Source of the DNA: Pelagibacteraceae bacterium AG-404-N13
GTDB lineage: Bacteria > Pseudomonadota > Alphaproteobacteria > Pelagibacterales > Pelagibacteraceae
DNA: 64,000 nucleotides
Reading direction: 5' to 3'
Assembly: GCA_003216255.1 (NCBI GenBank)
Contig: QCJD01000002.1
Coordinates: forward strand, 20,474-84,473
Shown: one piece after another, positions 53,231 through 63,966 of the stretch
Layout of the letters: every line of letters begins with the position of its first letter
Position numbering within the stretch: position 1 is the stretch's first letter
Program-made: the position numbers and the translations under genes
Notes under the pieces: generated by a model
Told to the model about the DNA's origin: nothing
What the model saw: only the letters and a program-made list of their open reading frames with translations
Database searches by the model: none

Positions 53231-53857
53231 ATGAACGTCACAATTGTTGACTATAACTCAGGCAATATTAGCTCTGTAATAAACTCTTTTAAGGAAGTTG
53301 CTAAAGATAAAGTTAATATTAAAGTAACCGCAAATTTAAAAAATATAAAATTTAGTGACAAAGTTGTTTTGCCAGGCCAAGGTTCGTTTAAAAGTTGTAT
53401 AGATGCTTTAAACAATATTAATGGTTTAGTTGATACTCTTAATGAATTTGCAATTGATAATAAAAAACCACTTTTAGGAATTTGTGTTGGTTTGCAAATG
53501 TTTGCTGATGTTGGGTACGAAGAAACAGAAACAAAAGGCTTAGGTTGGATTTCAGGAAAAGTATCTAAGATTAATAATGAAAATGGAAAATACAAACTTC
53601 CTCACATAGGCTGGAATCAAATAAATATCGTTAAAGATAGTAAAATTTATAAAGATATAGAAAATAATTCCCATATGTATTTTGTGCATAGTTATGAATT
53701 TATTCCAGAAGATAAAAATGTAATTTCTGCAACAACTGATTATTCGTCAAAAATTGTTTGTTCAATTGAAAAAGAAAATATTTTCGGAACTCAATTTCAT
53801 CCTGAAAAGAGTGACAAAATGGGACTACGAATTGTAGAAAACTTTATTACATTATAA
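53231..53857 (+). CDS. hisH: IGP synthase glutaminase subunit
   Basis: LPGQG, GICVGLQ, PHIGWN, YFVHSY, QFHPEKS. Confidence 0.97.
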   Translation: MNVTIVDYNSGNISSVINSFKEVAKDKVNIKVTANLKNIKFSDKVVLPGQGSFKSCIDALNNINGLVDTLNEFAIDNKKPLLGICVGLQMFADVGYEETETKGLGWISGKVSKINNENGKYKLPHIGWNQINIVKDSKIYKDIENNSHMYFVHSYEFIPEDKNVISATTDYSSKIVCSIEKENIFGTQFHPEKSDKMGLRIVENFITL

Positions 53858-53874
53858 GATTAAAATATTTATTT

Positions 53875-55287
53875 ATGTCTGATTTACTTAAAAATACAAG
53901 CTTGTCTTTAAACACTGCAGACAAGATTATCTCAGAAACATTACACAAATGTGATGATGGTGAATTATATTTAGAAGATACAAAGTTTGAAACTGTTACT
54001 CTGGATGATAATAAAATCAAAAGTTCAGACTACAGTACTGACACTGGGTATGGATTTAGAGCAGTTACGGATGATGTTATTGCTTATTCTCATTCTAATG
54101 AAATTTCAGAAGAGTCACTTAAAAAATCAAGTGAGAATTTAAAATCTACTCTTAAGAGTAAAAGTGGAACATACAATTCTAGTATAAAAAAAACTAATCA
54201 AAAATTTTATAAAGATTTAGATCCGATTGAAACAAAGTCTTTAGATTCAAAAATTGAACTATTAAATTTAATGAATGACTATTCTAGATCTAAAGATGCT
54301 TCTGTTAAACAAGTCTCAGCAAGCTTTATAGGAGAGAAAAAAAATATTGAAATTTTAAGATCTGGTGGTGAATTATTAAAAGATTCTAGGCCACTTGTTA
54401 GAATTAATATATCTATGATGGTAGAAAAAGATGGCAGAAAAGAAACAGCAGTTTTCGGTGTTGGTGGAAGACAATCTTATGACGAATATTTAAAAGATGA
54501 TAGCTGGAAAAAACTTTGTGATGAGGCTTTTAGAATCGCAACTACAAACCTGAAAAGCAAACCATCACCAGCAGGAGAAATGAAAGTAGTTTTAGGTCCT
54601 GGTTGGCCTGCTATTTTAATTCATGAAGCGATAGGACATGGTCTAGAAGGTGATTTTAATAGAAAAAAAACATCAGCATTTCATAATTTGGTTGGTCAAA
54701 GAGTTGCCAGTGAAGGAGTTACAATTATTGACGATGGAACATTAGATAATAGAAGAGGAAGTTTGAATATTGATGATGAAGGAACTCCAACCGAAAAGAC
54801 AGTATTAATCGAAAATGGAATATTAAAAAATTTCATGCAAGATCGATTAAATGCACGTCTGATGAATACAAATTCCACAGGAAATGGAAGAAGAGAAAAT
54901 TACAAACATATTGTTTTGCCAAGAATGCGAAATACCATAATGTTAAGTGGGAATTATACCCAAGAAGAAATGATTAAATCTGTAAATAAAGGGATCTTTG
55001 CTGTTAGCTTTGGTGGTGGACAAGTTGATATTACTTCAGGAAAATTTGTTTTCAATTGTACCGAAGCTTATGAAATTATTGATGGTAAAATTGGTGCACC
55101 TTTAAAAGGAGCAACTTTAATTGGTGATGGTCCATCGTCTTTAAAAGAAGTGTTAATGGTTGGGAATGATATGATGTTAGATCCAGGCATTGGAACTTGT
55201 GGCAAGGCTGGACAAGGCGTTCCTGTTGGAGTTGGTCAGCCATCACTACTAATCGATAATATGACGGTTGGTGGTACCCAACTATAA
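53875..55287 (+). CDS. tldD: Metalloprotease TldD
   Basis: HEAIGHGLEGDFNRK, DDEG, PRMRNT, CGKAGQGVPVGVGQP. Confidence 0.96.
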   Translation: MSDLLKNTSLSLNTADKIISETLHKCDDGELYLEDTKFETVTLDDNKIKSSDYSTDTGYGFRAVTDDVIAYSHSNEISEESLKKSSENLKSTLKSKSGTYNSSIKKTNQKFYKDLDPIETKSLDSKIELLNLMNDYSRSKDASVKQVSASFIGEKKNIEILRSGGELLKDSRPLVRINISMMVEKDGRKETAVFGVGGRQSYDEYLKDDSWKKLCDEAFRIATTNLKSKPSPAGEMKVVLGPGWPAILIHEAIGHGLEGDFNRKKTSAFHNLVGQRVASEGVTIIDDGTLDNRRGSLNIDDEGTPTEKTVLIENGILKNFMQDRLNARLMNTNSTGNGRRENYKHIVLPRMRNTIMLSGNYTQEEMIKSVNKGIFAVSFGGGQVDITSGKFVFNCTEAYEIIDGKIGAPLKGATLIGDGPSSLKEVLMVGNDMMLDPGIGTCGKAGQGVPVGVGQPSLLIDNMTVGGTQL

Positions 55288-55290
55288 AAA

Positions 55291-56610
55291 ATGATAAAAG
55301 AAAAAGACTATTTAAATACTATTGCAGATCAATGTTTATCAAAAGCTAAAAAACTTGGCTCAACAGAGGCAAGTGTTCTTGTGATGAATTCTGTTTCTGA
55401 AAATGTGAATATAAGAAACAGAAAATTAGATGGCTCAACAAGATCAGAAAATTTAGGTATTGCATTAACAACATATATAGGTAAAAAAAAATCATCTATT
55501 TCCTCTTCAGACTTAAATGAAAAAAATTTAGATGGACTAATCAAAAGGTGTGTTGAAAGTACAAAAATAACTCCAGAGGATGAACTAAACTCTTTAGCTG
55601 ATAAAGAACTATATTTTGAAGGTGATAAAAACCTAGATTTATATGATGAGACTATTTTAGAAAACCATCAAAAAATAGATTACTTAAATGAGGCTGAAGA
55701 AGAAGCTTTTTCTAAAAAAGATATTATTAATACAAACGGCTCAGGATTTAGTCAAAATAAATCAAATTTTGTTTTAGCTAATTCTAATGGATTTTCTGAT
55801 GGATATAAAACATCACAATTTACTGCCTACTGTGAAGTAGTTTCAAAAAATAATGGCAGCATGGAAAGAGACTATGAGTATAGTAGTAAACGTTTTTTTC
55901 AAGATATTCTTAAACCAAAAGATTTAGGTGCCAAAGCTGCAGAACTGGCATTAAAAAAATTAAACCCTAAAAAAATAAAAAGCGAAAAATTAAATATTGT
56001 ATTTGATAAAAGAATTGCAAAAAGTTTTTTATCAGCTTTCTCGAGTGCAATTTCTTCAAGTGCAATAGCCAAAGGCACTACATTTTTGAAAGATAAATTA
56101 AATGAAAAAATATTTAACGATAAAATAAATATTCAGGATAAGGGAGATATTAAAAAAGCAAATGGCTCTAGATATTTTGATAGCGAAGGGGTTAAAATTA
56201 AGCCATTAGATCTAGTAAAAAATGGTGATCTTAAAGATTATTTAATAGATACTTACAATGGTAAAAAAATTAAAATGCAATCTAATGGGAGATCCAGTGG
56301 GTCTACAAATTTGTATTTTCTAAATGGTTCAATAAGTTTTAATGAATTAATTAATTCTAGTAAGAGAATACTTTACATTAATGAAACAATAGGTAGAGGC
56401 TCAAATTTAATTACTGGAGATTATTCAGTTGGTGCATCTGGATTAATGATTGAAAATGGTGAATTCTCTTATCCAGTAAGTGAAATAACCATAGCTGGCA
56501 ATTTAAATGATATTTTTAAGAACATAACATTAGCAAATGATTTAGAATTCAATTATGCTACCAATTCACCAACAATGTTAGTTGAAGGGATGATTGTTGG
56601 TGGAAAATAA
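55291..56610 (+). CDS. pmbA: TldE/PmbA
   Basis: MERDY, FDSEGV, ITGDYSVGASG, PVSEITIAGNL; no HExxH; adjacent to tldD. Confidence 0.93.
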   Translation: MIKEKDYLNTIADQCLSKAKKLGSTEASVLVMNSVSENVNIRNRKLDGSTRSENLGIALTTYIGKKKSSISSSDLNEKNLDGLIKRCVESTKITPEDELNSLADKELYFEGDKNLDLYDETILENHQKIDYLNEAEEEAFSKKDIINTNGSGFSQNKSNFVLANSNGFSDGYKTSQFTAYCEVVSKNNGSMERDYEYSSKRFFQDILKPKDLGAKAAELALKKLNPKKIKSEKLNIVFDKRIAKSFLSAFSSAISSSAIAKGTTFLKDKLNEKIFNDKINIQDKGDIKKANGSRYFDSEGVKIKPLDLVKNGDLKDYLIDTYNGKKIKMQSNGRSSGSTNLYFLNGSISFNELINSSKRILYINETIGRGSNLITGDYSVGASGLMIENGEFSYPVSEITIAGNLNDIFKNITLANDLEFNYATNSPTMLVEGMIVGGK

Positions 56611-57330
56611 ATGAAAATATTTCCAGCTATTGATATTAAAGATAAAAAGTGCGTGAGATTAATCAAAGGCGACTTTAATAATAAAACTGAATATGAAATG
56701 TCTCCAGTAGAGCAGGCTCAAAAATACAAAGATCATGGTTTTAATAATTTACATATTGTAGATTTGGATGGAGCTTTAACTGGAGAGACTGTTAATTTAA
56801 GCATTATTCAGGAAATAGTTGGTAAATTTGATTTAAAAGTTGAAATTGGCGGCGGTATAAGAAACTTTGAAAGTATACAAAAATATATAGATGCAGGTGT
56901 TGAAAAAGTAATTTTAGGAAGTGCAGCTATTAAAGATAAAAATTTTTTAAAAGAGGCGTGCCAGAAATTTCAAAATAAAATTGCTTTAGGACTGGACGCC
57001 AAAGGTGGCTATTTATCAGTTTCTGGTTGGAAAGAAAACTCTAATCAATTAACATTAGATTATTTAAAAGAAGTTAATGATTATGGTATTTGTAGATTGA
57101 TTTATACTGATATTAATCGTGATGGAACAAAGCAAAGTCCTAATTTTGAAGAGACATCAAAAGTATCAGAGGTATCTAATTGTCCTGTAATAATATCTGG
57201 AGGTGTCTCATCAATTGAGGATATTAAAAAAGCAAAGAAATTAAAAAATATTGAAGGTATAATAGTTGGAAAAGCTATTTATGATGGTGATATAAATTTA
57301 GAAGAACTCGCAAAAGAAATAGATGCTTAA
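56611..57330 (+). CDS. hisA: ProFAR isomerase
   Basis: [32 protein letters not shown]. Confidence 0.97.
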   Translation: MKIFPAIDIKDKKCVRLIKGDFNNKTEYEMSPVEQAQKYKDHGFNNLHIVDLDGALTGETVNLSIIQEIVGKFDLKVEIGGGIRNFESIQKYIDAGVEKVILGSAAIKDKNFLKEACQKFQNKIALGLDAKGGYLSVSGWKENSNQLTLDYLKEVNDYGICRLIYTDINRDGTKQSPNFEETSKVSEVSNCPVIISGGVSSIEDIKKAKKLKNIEGIIVGKAIYDGDINLEELAKEIDA

Positions 57331-58078
57331 AAATAGAATAATTCCTTGTTTAGACGTTAAAAATGGTCGTGTTGTAAAAGGAATAAACTTTGTTGATCTC
57401 AAAGATGCTGGAGATCCAGTTGAGCAAGCAAAAATTTATAGTGATGGTGGAGCAGATGAAATTTGTTTTTTAGATATTACTGCTTCTAATGAAAATAGAG
57501 ATATTATTTACGATGTAGTTAAAGATACATCTAAAAAATGTTTTGTACCTCTTACTGTTGGAGGAGGCGTTAGAAGTGTTGAAGATATTAATAAATTACT
57601 TAATTGTGGAGCTGATAAAGTATCTATAAATACTGCAGCTGTTCAAAATTCAGAAGTTGTTATCGATAGTTCTAAAAAATTTGGTTCCCAATGTATTGTT
57701 GTTGCAATAGATGCTAAAAAAAATAAAGAAAAGTGGGAAGTTTTTACTCATGGAGGAAGAAACAATACAGGAATTGATGCAATAGAATTTGCAAAAAAAA
57801 TGGAAGATAGTGGTGCAGGCGAATTATTGGTAACATCTATGGATAGAGATGGTACTCAAATTGGATTTGATATTGATTTGACTTCAAAAATATCTACAAA
57901 AGTTAACATTCCAGTTATAGCATCAGGAGGAGTTGGAAATCTAGATCATTTGGTAGATGGAATTAAATTAGGTAAAGCCAGCGCTGTTTTAGCTGCATCT
58001 ATATTTCATTACGGAAAATATTCTGTCAAAGAGGCTAAAGAATATTTGAACTCAAAAGGAATACCAGTTAGGATTTAG
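57323..58078 (+). CDS. hisF: IGP synthase cyclase subunit
   Basis: [27 protein letters not shown]. Confidence 0.98.
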   Translation: MLKNRIIPCLDVKNGRVVKGINFVDLKDAGDPVEQAKIYSDGGADEICFLDITASNENRDIIYDVVKDTSKKCFVPLTVGGGVRSVEDINKLLNCGADKVSINTAAVQNSEVVIDSSKKFGSQCIVVAIDAKKNKEKWEVFTHGGRNNTGIDAIEFAKKMEDSGAGELLVTSMDRDGTQIGFDIDLTSKISTKVNIPVIASGGVGNLDHLVDGIKLGKASAVLAASIFHYGKYSVKEAKEYLNSKGIPVRI

Positions 58079-58079
58079 G

Positions 58080-58352
58080 ATGTTAAACACTTTAGAAGGT
58101 CTATTTAAACTTGCTAGAGATAGAAAAAGTAAACCTGTTGAGGGATCTTATACAAATAAACTTTTAGCGAATAAATCTCTTAGTAAAGAAAAAGTTTTAG
58201 AAGAAATAAATGAATTGGTTGAAGCTGTAGATAAAAATAATAATTTTATTCATGAAGCTGCGGATGTTTTTTATCATTTGATTGTGTATTTAGAAGCAAA
58301 TAATATTAAAATTGAAGAAGTAATGGAAGAGTTAAATAAAAGAAAAAAGTAA
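58080..58352 (+). CDS. hisE: Phosphoribosyl-ATP pyrophosphatase
   Basis: SYT.KL, KVLEEINE, EAADVFYH. Confidence 0.93.
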   Translation: MLNTLEGLFKLARDRKSKPVEGSYTNKLLANKSLSKEKVLEEINELVEAVDKNNNFIHEAADVFYHLIVYLEANNIKIEEVMEELNKRKK

Positions 58353-58353
58353 A

Positions 58354-58662
58354 ATGTTTTCGATACTAAAAGTGCAAATTATTATAGGTATTACTATTTT
58401 TATGATATTAACTTGGGCATCACAAAATGTATGTCGATATAATTTTGTATTAGACAAGAAAAAAAATCTTATGAATATTATAAGTGATGAAGTCAAACCA
58501 AATTTAGGATTAACAGAAGTATATTATTATAAAGAGTTAAATTGTAATAGTGTAAACTTTAGTTTAGATCTAAATAGAATTATAAATAACATCAATACGA
58601 TTTCAGTTATGTTTTATCAATATTTTACAACAGATATAAAAGGAAGACCATTAAGTAGGTAA
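58354..58662 (+). CDS. Hypothetical protein with N-terminal TM helix
   Basis: 102-aa ORF exactly fills the hisE-HIT gap (1-bp and 7-bp spacers); no recognised motif. Confidence 0.65.
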   Translation: MFSILKVQIIIGITIFMILTWASQNVCRYNFVLDKKKNLMNIISDEVKPNLGLTEVYYYKELNCNSVNFSLDLNRIINNINTISVMFYQYFTTDIKGRPLSR

Positions 58663-58669
58663 GTAAATT

Positions 58670-59035
58670 ATGAGTTACGATAATAATAATATTTTTGCAA
58701 AAATTTTAAGAGGAGAGATTCCTTGCAATAAAATTTATGAAGATGATTATGTGCTATCATTTCATGATATTAATCCACAAAAAAAAATTCATGCACTAGT
58801 TATTCCCAAAGGTAAATATGTTGATCTAGATGACTTTAGCCAGAATGCTTCGCCAAAGGAGATGGTTGGCTTATTAAAAGGTATAAATACCGTTGCAAAA
58901 AAACTTGGTATTTCGGTTGATACTGGAAATGGATATAGAGCACTAGCAAATATAAGTGAGGATGGTGGCCAAGAGGTTCCTCATTTGCATTTCCATCTAT
59001 TTGGAGGTGAAAAAATTGGCAAAATGGTATCGTGA
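58670..59035 (+). CDS. HIT-family nucleotide hydrolase (HinT-like)
   Basis: NIFAKILRGEIP, QEVPHLHFH. Confidence 0.95.
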   Translation: MSYDNNNIFAKILRGEIPCNKIYEDDYVLSFHDINPQKKIHALVIPKGKYVDLDDFSQNASPKEMVGLLKGINTVAKKLGISVDTGNGYRALANISEDGGQEVPHLHFHLFGGEKIGKMVS

Positions 59036-59544
59036 TTATAAAAGTAGATAGAAATTATCTAGAAATTAATTCGATCAAAGATCTTAACAATTCAAAAAAA
59101 CCTTCTGAAAATTGTAATTTACAATTAGTTGATCCTCCTGATTTTCATATAAACAAATTTTTTTATACACAAATTGGAAAAGATCATAGATGGGTAGATA
59201 GATTATCTTGGAGTGAAAAAAGTTGGATTGATTATGTAGAAGAACGACAAGTAAAAACATATGTTTTAAGAGAAAAAGAAGATCCAGTTGGGTATTTTGA
59301 ACAAATTTTTCATATTGAAAAAAAAAGTTGTGAAATAGCATATTTTGGAATTTTAAAAGAATATTATGGAAAAAAATATGGGGGCTACCTTCTTACAGAA
59401 GCTATTAAAAATTCCTTCATTAACGGTATAGAAAAAGTTTGGGTACATACTTGTTCTTTAGATCATAAGAATGCTTTAAAAAATTATCAATCCAGAGGTA
59501 TGAAAATATTTAAATCTGAAACAATTAATTTAAATGTTAATTAA
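59032..59544 (+). CDS. GNAT-family acetyltransferase
   Basis: EIAYFGI...YYGKKYGGYLL, VWVHTCSLDH.NAL.NY..RG. Confidence 0.9.
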   Translation: MIIKVDRNYLEINSIKDLNNSKKPSENCNLQLVDPPDFHINKFFYTQIGKDHRWVDRLSWSEKSWIDYVEERQVKTYVLREKEDPVGYFEQIFHIEKKSCEIAYFGILKEYYGKKYGGYLLTEAIKNSFINGIEKVWVHTCSLDHKNALKNYQSRGMKIFKSETINLNVN

Positions 59545-60091
59545 TATATCTCTGTATATTGAAAATTTTTTCATTAACCGAATTATTTTTTTGAATATCT
59601 GATATAAAAGTTTGTACTACATTTTGATAAATGTCTATTGTTTCCCACCCTATTAAGTTGAAATCATTTTTATTAAAAAAAACTTTAATTGAATTATTCT
59701 CATAATCCAAATTAAAAGCATAATAGAAAGGGTAATTTTCGTCCTGCTTAAGTTGATGTAATTTTGAAATTATAAATTTTTTATCTAAAATTAAATTAAG
59801 GGGAGTTTTATCTAATTTATATCTATAATATTGATTATTTTTATCACTGTTAATAACTAATGATTTTCCATTAGAAACTAATATTTTATTATAAAAACTT
59901 ATATATTCACAAAAAATTTTTTTTGGATAAACTACAGTACATTTTCCCTCTTCAACTTTTCCATTTATCTTCTGAACAAAATTAAATTTCATATTCTCAG
60001 TCGATTCAAAGTTATTAATTATCTGAGATATAATTGATGCGTTAGCAAAGTTGGTAAAAGAAAAAAAAATTATAAATGTAAGAATTCTCAT
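59537..60091 (-). CDS. lolA: LolA-like lipoprotein carrier
   Basis: Signal peptide, FNFVQ, LVSNG, TPLNLIL; downstream of ftsK. Confidence 0.82.
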   Translation of the reverse strand: MRILTFIIFFSFTNFANASIISQIINNFESTENMKFNFVQKINGKVEEGKCTVVYPKKIFCEYISFYNKILVSNGKSLVINSDKNNQYYRYKLDKTPLNLILDKKFIISKLHQLKQDENYPFYYAFNLDYENNSIKVFFNKNDFNLIGWETIDIYQNVVQTFISDIQKNNSVNEKIFNIQRYIN

Positions 60092-62178
60092 TATTTAAGA
60101 ACTTCCCTTTTACCTACATGGTTAGCCTTACTTACTTCACCATTCATTTCCATTTGGTCAATTATTCTTGCTGCTCTATTATATCCAATTTGTAATTTTC
60201 TTTGTAAAAATGAAGTAGATGCCTTTCTTTCTGACTTAACAATTTCAAGTGCAGTGTCATACAGCTCATCTATATTTTCCTTATCACTAGAATTTGATGT
60301 TAATTCTTTTTCATCTGCATAGTTTAAAATTTCATCAACGTAATTAGGTTCAGCTTGATTTCTTAAAAAATTATTTATTTTATCAATTTCATTTTCAGAC
60401 ACATATGGTGCATGAATTCTAACGATTTTATTTGCTGAAGACATATAAAGCATATCTCCTTTACCAAGAAGCTGTTCAGCCCCTTGTTCACCGAGTATCG
60501 TTCGACTGTCTATTTTAGATGTGACTTGGAAAGATATTCTAGTTGGAAAGTTTGCTTTAATTGTACCAGTAATAACATCAACACTTGGTCGTTGTGTAGC
60601 CATTATAATATGAATACCCGCAGCTCTAGCCATCTGAGAAAGTTTTTGAATGTAATTTTCAATTTCTTTTCCAGCCACCAACATTAAATCAGACATTTCA
60701 TCAACTATTACAACAATGTATGGCATAGCAAGTTTGTGTTTTTCATTGTATCCATCAATATTTCTGACCCCAACTTTTGTCATTAATCTATATCTACTTT
60801 CCATTTCTTTAACGACCCATCCCAATACAGAAGCTGCTCTTTTTGCTTCCGTAATTACAGGGCATAGTAGATGTGGTATCCCTTCATAAGTCGATAACTC
60901 AAGCATTTTGGGATCAATTAAAATAAATTTACATTTTTCAGGAGTATGTTTGTAAAGCAAAGATAGAATTATGGTATTAATGCACACAGATTTTCCTGAG
61001 CCAGTTGTTCCAGCAATTAAAAGGTGAGGCATTGAACTTAAGTCACCAGTAATTGGCAAACCAGATATACTTTTTCCAAGTGCTATAGGTAGTTTAATAT
61101 TTTTTTTTGAAAAATCTGAACTAGAAATTATCTCACTTAAATATACATTTTCTCTTGATGATTTTGGTAATTCAATACCTACAGTACTACTTCCGGGAAT
61201 TGTAGAAATTCTTGCGGATTCAGAACTGGTATTTCTTGCTATGTCCTCAGAGAGATTTATTATTTTTGATACCTTTACTCCAGGGGCAGGTTCAAATTCA
61301 TTTAATGTAACAACTGGACCATTGCTTATTTTTTTAATTTTTCCCTCTACACCAAAATCTAGTAAAATTTTTTCTAGAGTTGTATTATCTATTTTGTTAT
61401 CAGCTATGCTTTCTCTTTCTTTTTTAGTTGGCTTTTTTAAAAAATCTAAAGAGGGTAATTTAAATTTAAAAGATTTATTTTCATTATTTTTATTACCAAA
61501 AGAAAAATTCTCTTGGACTCTTGTTTCAACATAACTTTCATTTGGAATAATTTCTTCTTCAATTTTTTGATCTACAGTATTAAATGAATTTTTATTTTTT
61601 CTTGTTAAGAAGAAAATTTTTTTACTAATTGAAATAAATGTTTTTAATTTAAAATTAATACTTAAAAGAAACACAATTGATATTACTACAATCAAAATAT
61701 AATAACTAATTTGTTCATTTATTTTAATCATCTTAATAAAAAAACTATCTTCAAATAAATTTCCAACAAAACCATTATTTCCATTTATGGTTAACCAAAA
61801 TGACTGCTCATGAAAGCTTGAGAAAAATAAACTTCCTAATATTGAATAAATAACAATAAAAAAAATATTTTCTAAAATCTTTAAAAAACTTTTTTTAATA
61901 AAAACATTTATTCCAGTAAAAAATATTGTAATAGGTATTAAAATTGAAATTAACCCAATGCTTTGATAAAAAATGTCAGATGTAAAACTACCTTTTGATC
62001 CTAAAATATTGTTAATTTCAGTATTCTCAGGAAATATAAAATTGGGGTCATCAGGAGAATAAGATATCAAAGACAAAAATAATAGAATTGAGGATATAAT
62101 CAATAATAAACCGATTAATTCCGCAAATCTTTTTAGAGTAAAATCAAATATTTTGTTAAAAAAAGTTTTTATTTCCAT
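60091..62178 (-). CDS. ftsK: DNA translocase FtsK
   Basis: N-terminal TM domain, GTTGSGKS, ATQRPSVD, gamma domain QRKLQIGYNRAA. Confidence 0.98.
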   Translation of the reverse strand: MEIKTFFNKIFDFTLKRFAELIGLLLIISSILLFLSLISYSPDDPNFIFPENTEINNILGSKGSFTSDIFYQSIGLISILIPITIFFTGINVFIKKSFLKILENIFFIVIYSILGSLFFSSFHEQSFWLTINGNNGFVGNLFEDSFFIKMIKINEQISYYILIVVISIVFLLSINFKLKTFISISKKIFFLTRKNKNSFNTVDQKIEEEIIPNESYVETRVQENFSFGNKNNENKSFKFKLPSLDFLKKPTKKERESIADNKIDNTTLEKILLDFGVEGKIKKISNGPVVTLNEFEPAPGVKVSKIINLSEDIARNTSSESARISTIPGSSTVGIELPKSSRENVYLSEIISSSDFSKKNIKLPIALGKSISGLPITGDLSSMPHLLIAGTTGSGKSVCINTIILSLLYKHTPEKCKFILIDPKMLELSTYEGIPHLLCPVITEAKRAASVLGWVVKEMESRYRLMTKVGVRNIDGYNEKHKLAMPYIVVIVDEMSDLMLVAGKEIENYIQKLSQMARAAGIHIIMATQRPSVDVITGTIKANFPTRISFQVTSKIDSRTILGEQGAEQLLGKGDMLYMSSANKIVRIHAPYVSENEIDKINNFLRNQAEPNYVDEILNYADEKELTSNSSDKENIDELYDTALEIVKSERKASTSFLQRKLQIGYNRAARIIDQMEMNGEVSKANHVGKREVLK

Positions 62179-62241
62179 GTTAAAAAATCTAATTTACCAC
62201 TTTGTATCATTATATTTTTATTGATAAAATTAAATAATATT

Positions 62242-63324
62242 ATGAAAATTTGTTTAATAGGAAAAAATCTAACTAATTTAGTTTTAGCAAAGAATTTATC
62301 TAAAAAAAATTTGAATGTAGATATTTTATTTGAGAAAAATAAAGAAAATAAATTATCACAAAGAACTTTGGCTATATCAAAAGAAAACTTTAATTACTTA
62401 TTAAAAATATCAAATAAAATACAAATCTCTAAATGGCCAATTAAAAATATAAAAATCTATAATGATACAAATAATCAAAAAGAATTGGCAGAATTTAAAA
62501 ATAATAATAAAGAGAATTTTTTTTTAATTAAATACTTAGATATTTTAAATTCTTTTGAGAATATTTGTAAAATAGATAAAAAAATAAAATTTAAAAAAAT
62601 AATTTATAATTCAAAATTAAAAAGTCTCTTAAAAAATAAAAATTATAGTTTAGTGATTAATTCAGATAAAAACAATTTTTACAATATCAAGAATATTGAA
62701 AAAAATTATGATAGCATTGCATACACGGGAATATTAGAACATGAATTAAAAAAGATTAATTTTGAAGCAATTCAAATATTTACAAAATATGGACCATTAG
62801 CTTTTTTACCACTATCAAAAACTAAAACTTCAATAGTTTTTTCAGTTGTAAATAATTATAAACTTAGTGAAGCCCAAATAAATAATTTAATAAAACAATA
62901 CAATTTAAATTATAAAATAATGAAAATTGGTAAGCTTGAAAAAGCTAAAATAAAATTTTCTATGCCAAGAAATTATTACTACAAAAATAAATTAATTTTT
63001 GGAGATATATTACACACAATCCACCCTTTGGCCGGACAAGGATTTAATATGACTATTAGAGATATAAAAGTTTTATCTAATTTAATAGATGAAAAAATTG
63101 ACTTAGGTCTAGAATTAAATGAGTCTTTGTTCTATGATTTTCAAAAAAAAATTAAGCATTTAAATTATACTTTTGGATTAGGAATAGATTTTATATACGA
63201 GTTTTTTAAAATCGATAATAAAACAAATAATTTTTTGTCTAATTCTATATTTAATATTTTAGGTAAAAATAAATTATTTAATAAATATGCAAATTTGATT
63301 GCTGATAAAGGAATTTGTTTTTAA
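62242..63324 (+). CDS. UbiH/UbiL-like flavin hydroxylase, divergent
   Basis: GPLAFLP, GDILHTIHPLAGQGFNMTIRD; ATG 62242 preferred; divergent from ftsK. Confidence 0.8.
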   Translation: MKICLIGKNLTNLVLAKNLSKKNLNVDILFEKNKENKLSQRTLAISKENFNYLLKISNKIQISKWPIKNIKIYNDTNNQKELAEFKNNNKENFFLIKYLDILNSFENICKIDKKIKFKKIIYNSKLKSLLKNKNYSLVINSDKNNFYNIKNIEKNYDSIAYTGILEHELKKINFEAIQIFTKYGPLAFLPLSKTKTSIVFSVVNNYKLSEAQINNLIKQYNLNYKIMKIGKLEKAKIKFSMPRNYYYKNKLIFGDILHTIHPLAGQGFNMTIRDIKVLSNLIDEKIDLGLELNESLFYDFQKKIKHLNYTFGLGIDFIYEFFKIDNKTNNFLSNSIFNILGKNKLFNKYANLIADKGICF

Positions 63325-63966
63325 TTACTGTATTGTCGTATTGCTAAAACTATCTTGAGTGTATATTTTTAATATTTCTTCCAGTTTTTCTTTTCTCATC
63401 TTTAAATTTTTTGTTTCGAGTAATATTTGTTTCTCTTCCAGAGAAAAAGGAGATGCCATTGATAGAGCATTAATTGTTTGATCAAGATTACTTTTTTTTA
63501 AATCTTCTAAATTAACTAAATACCCTTGCTTTTTGAAAAAGTTCTTTAATTCACTAAATATAAATTTTAAATCATTTAAATTTATATCCTCATTCTTTTT
63601 GTTTAAATCTTCTAAATATTCACTAAAGTTTACTTTACAAATTCTATAAAGTTTATCATTTTCTTCTTCAGACATTATTTTAAAACGGCAGATACCATTC
63701 AATATAATTAAATATCTTCCATCTTCAGTTTCGTTAAAGCTGGTGATTTTTCCGGCACATCCAACATTATACAAATTAGGTTTTTTTAAATCACCCGTCT
63801 TTTTTGGTTGAACAATCCCAATAATTCTGTCTCCCCTCATAGCTTCGTCTATCATTTGGATATATCTTGGTTCAAAAATATTTAATGGAACAGTAGTTTT
63901 GGGAAAAATTATAAAATTCGATAAAGGAAATACGGCTAATTTATTTGGTAAATCTTCTTTTTTCAT
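63325..63966 (-). CDS. LON N-terminal substrate-binding domain protein
   Basis: VFPL, LNIFEPRY..M, VGCAGKI, DGRYLI.L.G..RF, EKQILLE. Confidence 0.92.
   Translation of the reverse strand: MKKEDLPNKLAVFPLSNFIIFPKTTVPLNIFEPRYIQMIDEAMRGDRIIGIVQPKKTGDLKKPNLYNVGCAGKITSFNETEDGRYLIILNGICRFKIMSEEENDKLYRICKVNFSEYLEDLNKKNEDINLNDLKFIFSELKNFFKKQGYLVNLEDLKKSNLDQTINALSMASPFSLEEKQILLETKNLKMRKEKLEEILKIYTQDSFSNTTIQ

Noticed and set aside
2782-61534. Many 60-143 aa ORF-track entries antisense to or out of frame within core genes (e.g. 20224-20655, 53251-53595, 61241-61534)
   Set aside because: Shadow ORFs of well-supported genes, with no motifs or RBS.
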